From a virus (taxonomy: Duplodnaviria; Caudoviricetes), in IMG/VR virus record IMGVR_UViG_3300037781_000163, positions 1-35,590 of that record: DNA of 35,590 nt, one strand, 5' to 3'. The translations under genes and the position numbers were made by a program. Under the pieces are notes generated by a model that did no database searches, had not been told where the DNA came from, and saw nothing but the letters and a program-made list of their open reading frames with translations. Shown piece after piece: positions 34,014 to 35,590 of the stretch; within the stretch, counting starts at the first letter, position 1; each line of letters starts with the position of its first letter.

Positions 34014-34113
34014 AATTTCATAACGAAATTCACTACGCAACAATAATTTTCGTTTTGTAATTTTCCGGCGGTTTTCCGCCCCCCTTGACGGGGATATCTT
34101 TCAGTATGAAATC
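34014..34113. promoter_or_regulatory. Three operator-like palindromes (TTTC-N5-GAAA)
   Basis: AATTTCATAACGAAATT (34014-34030), ATTTTCGTTTTGTAATT (34046-34062), TCTTTCAGTATGAAATC (34097-34113). Confidence 0.75.
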
Positions 34114-34777
34114 CGTTGGTTCACGACTCAAAGCCGCCCGCGTCGCGGCGGGCTACAAGACAGCGAAGGAATTCGCCGACAAGCACGGGCTGCCGCAACC
34201 CACTTACGCGAACCACGAGAACGACAAGCGCGGCCTGCGCAGGCAGACGGCCAGGTACTATGCGGATGCGCTGGACGTGACGGTCGAATGGCTGCTGGAC
34301 GGCAAGGAGTCTGCCGGTGACGAGCACTCTGAGAAGCCCAGGGCGAAAGCCGCAAAAGATGGCCAACAGGAAGTGATCGAGTACGATTCCCGGTTGTCAG
34401 CCGGCGGTGGCCGCAATCACGATCATGAGCATGTACGCGCCAGTTGGTCGATGCCGACCGAGTATCTCCGCTACGAACTCGGCATCAACAGCGCAAACTT
34501 TGGAATCCTTGAAACCGTCGGCGACTCGATGGACCCGACGATACTGTCCGGCGACCGGGTGATGGTGAATTTCGACGACCGCACCCCAAGCCCGCCCGGC
34601 ATCTTCGCCCTCTGGGACGGGCTCGGCACTGTCATCAAGCGCGTCGAACACATCCCCAATTCCGAACCGATCACCTTCCGGATCATCTCCGACAACAACC
34701 GGTATGACAGCTACGAGCGGACCGCCGACGAGGTCAACGTCATCGGCCGCGTGATCTGGCGGGCGACCCGGCTCTAG
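34106..34777 (+). CDS. CI-like prophage repressor (XRE HTH + S24 peptidase)
   Basis: RLKAAR..AG....EFA...G....TY..HE HTH; SAGGG cleavage region, GDSM.PTI..GD, IKR, SDN..Y, GRV catalytic motifs. Confidence 0.96.
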   Translation: MKSVGSRLKAARVAAGYKTAKEFADKHGLPQPTYANHENDKRGLRRQTARYYADALDVTVEWLLDGKESAGDEHSEKPRAKAAKDGQQEVIEYDSRLSAGGGRNHDHEHVRASWSMPTEYLRYELGINSANFGILETVGDSMDPTILSGDRVMVNFDDRTPSPPGIFALWDGLGTVIKRVEHIPNSEPITFRIISDNNRYDSYERTADEVNVIGRVIWRATRL

Positions 34778-34780
34778 GCA

Positions 34781-35566
34781 TCATCCAATGCCGGTCGGCA
34801 ATTCGACCCCGAGAATTTCAAGCGCGTCGCGGATAGCCTGCAGGCCGAGAGATTCCTCGAAAGTGATACGGCCATCCGCCGTGATGACATCGAGCGCAGC
34901 CAGCGCAAACCTGATCTGCCGTTCTTCCTGCCAGTCAGACATGACAAACAGCGATTCCTCGAATGCCTGATCGTCCGGCACGAGCCGTTGTATACGCTTG
35001 CCGGTTTCCTCGCGCACGCCCCTGAACCCAGCGCCGTCGAGGAACTTCAGGATAACTTCGACCTCGGAGATCGCGAACTGACCATCGCACTGGGCCAGGT
35101 AGGTCAGCATGCGGATCTCGTGAACGAGATCCCCGAAACCGGCCTCCTCGATCTGCTCCTGCTCCCAGAGCACCTCCTCGAGTAAATCCTGATGATCTCC
35201 GAACACCTCGCCGGTCCCCAGATCAACCGCAGAAGTTATCCGGTCCAGTCTGAAGCTGCGCATCGCATCGCGTTCGAAACAATACGCCTTGAGCACATAG
35301 GCATCGCCAATCCTGTCCAGCCGGCGGGCGGATATCCGCCGGACGGATAGCTGGTCCCGGCTGTCGCAGTACGTGATTTCGAAGGTATCTCCCGGCAGCG
35401 ACACAGAAGATCTTTCCGATTGGCTGTCTGCCACGGTTTCCGGAGCATCGGCCGCCGGCATCGTCGGGGCATTAGACGAAGGGTTCTGCAAGCGAGCCGA
35501 CATGGGTGCTGCCGCTTGCCCGCTGCCAAAATGTTCGCGTAGAGCTTTATCTATCGACATGTTCAC
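34781..35566 (-). CDS. WYL domain fused to TerB-like domain
   Basis: ITY.D.....S.RRI...L.AYC.ER.A.RSFRLDRI (WYL); LA.CDG.....E and ADG.I..EE (TerB-like); start GTG 35566 or ATG 35560. Confidence 0.8.
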   Translation of the reverse strand: MNMSIDKALREHFGSGQAAAPMSARLQNPSSNAPTMPAADAPETVADSQSERSSVSLPGDTFEITYCDSRDQLSVRRISARRLDRIGDAYVLKAYCFERDAMRSFRLDRITSAVDLGTGEVFGDHQDLLEEVLWEQEQIEEAGFGDLVHEIRMLTYLAQCDGQFAISEVEVILKFLDGAGFRGVREETGKRIQRLVPDDQAFEESLFVMSDWQEERQIRFALAALDVITADGRITFEESLGLQAIRDALEILGVELPTGIG

Positions 35567-35590
35567 AACCTTTCATATCGATGATACCGG

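Larger units (their letters stand above)
1..35590. mobile_element. Temperate prophage with lambda-like head/cos and Mu-like contractile tail (both ends outside the window)
   Basis: Continuous ordered modules: immunity, replication, packaging, head, tail; no obvious frameshift decay in the core genes. Confidence 0.97.

Noticed and set aside
34085-34105. TTG start for cI, or TTGACG as its -35 box
   Set aside because: The HTH begins right after ATG 34106, and a 17-nt spacer from TTGACG would put the -10 inside the coding sequence.
35571-35583. Fourth operator upstream of the WYL gene (TTTCATATCGATG)
   Set aside because: Only one half-site matches and it lies at the window edge; not supportable.

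Overview
High-GC window that is entirely one temperate prophage, probably from an alphaproteobacterium (inferred from GC content and protein families). Read right to left on the minus strand, it carries: a WYL/TerB-like accessory gene convergent with a CI repressor (+ strand); a cI/cro switch with three operator-like palindromes; cro and cII; a long early operon (TSCPD, TOPRIM primase, ASCH, ParB-like, DUF5131/Gp37Gp68, Dam-like and MT-A70 methyltransferases, P-loop helicase) followed by an iteron-rich origin; a Q-position late regulator with a PR'/tR'-like promoter and terminator; a lambda-like cosQ/cosN site; a lambda-type head module; and a Mu-type contractile tail ending in a tail-fibre gene cut by the left edge. 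No integrase, att site or lysis genes are recognisable in the window. The most interesting signals are the accessory genes (a membrane-anchored periplasmic thermonuclease fusion, a WYL-TerB fusion, a direct-repeat-flanked antisense moron, a secreted Cys-repeat moron gated by RBS hairpins), antisense ORFs that keep translational coupling across the morons, and a DUF5131 + two-methyltransferase cluster. All family assignments are by motif recognition and synteny, not database search.
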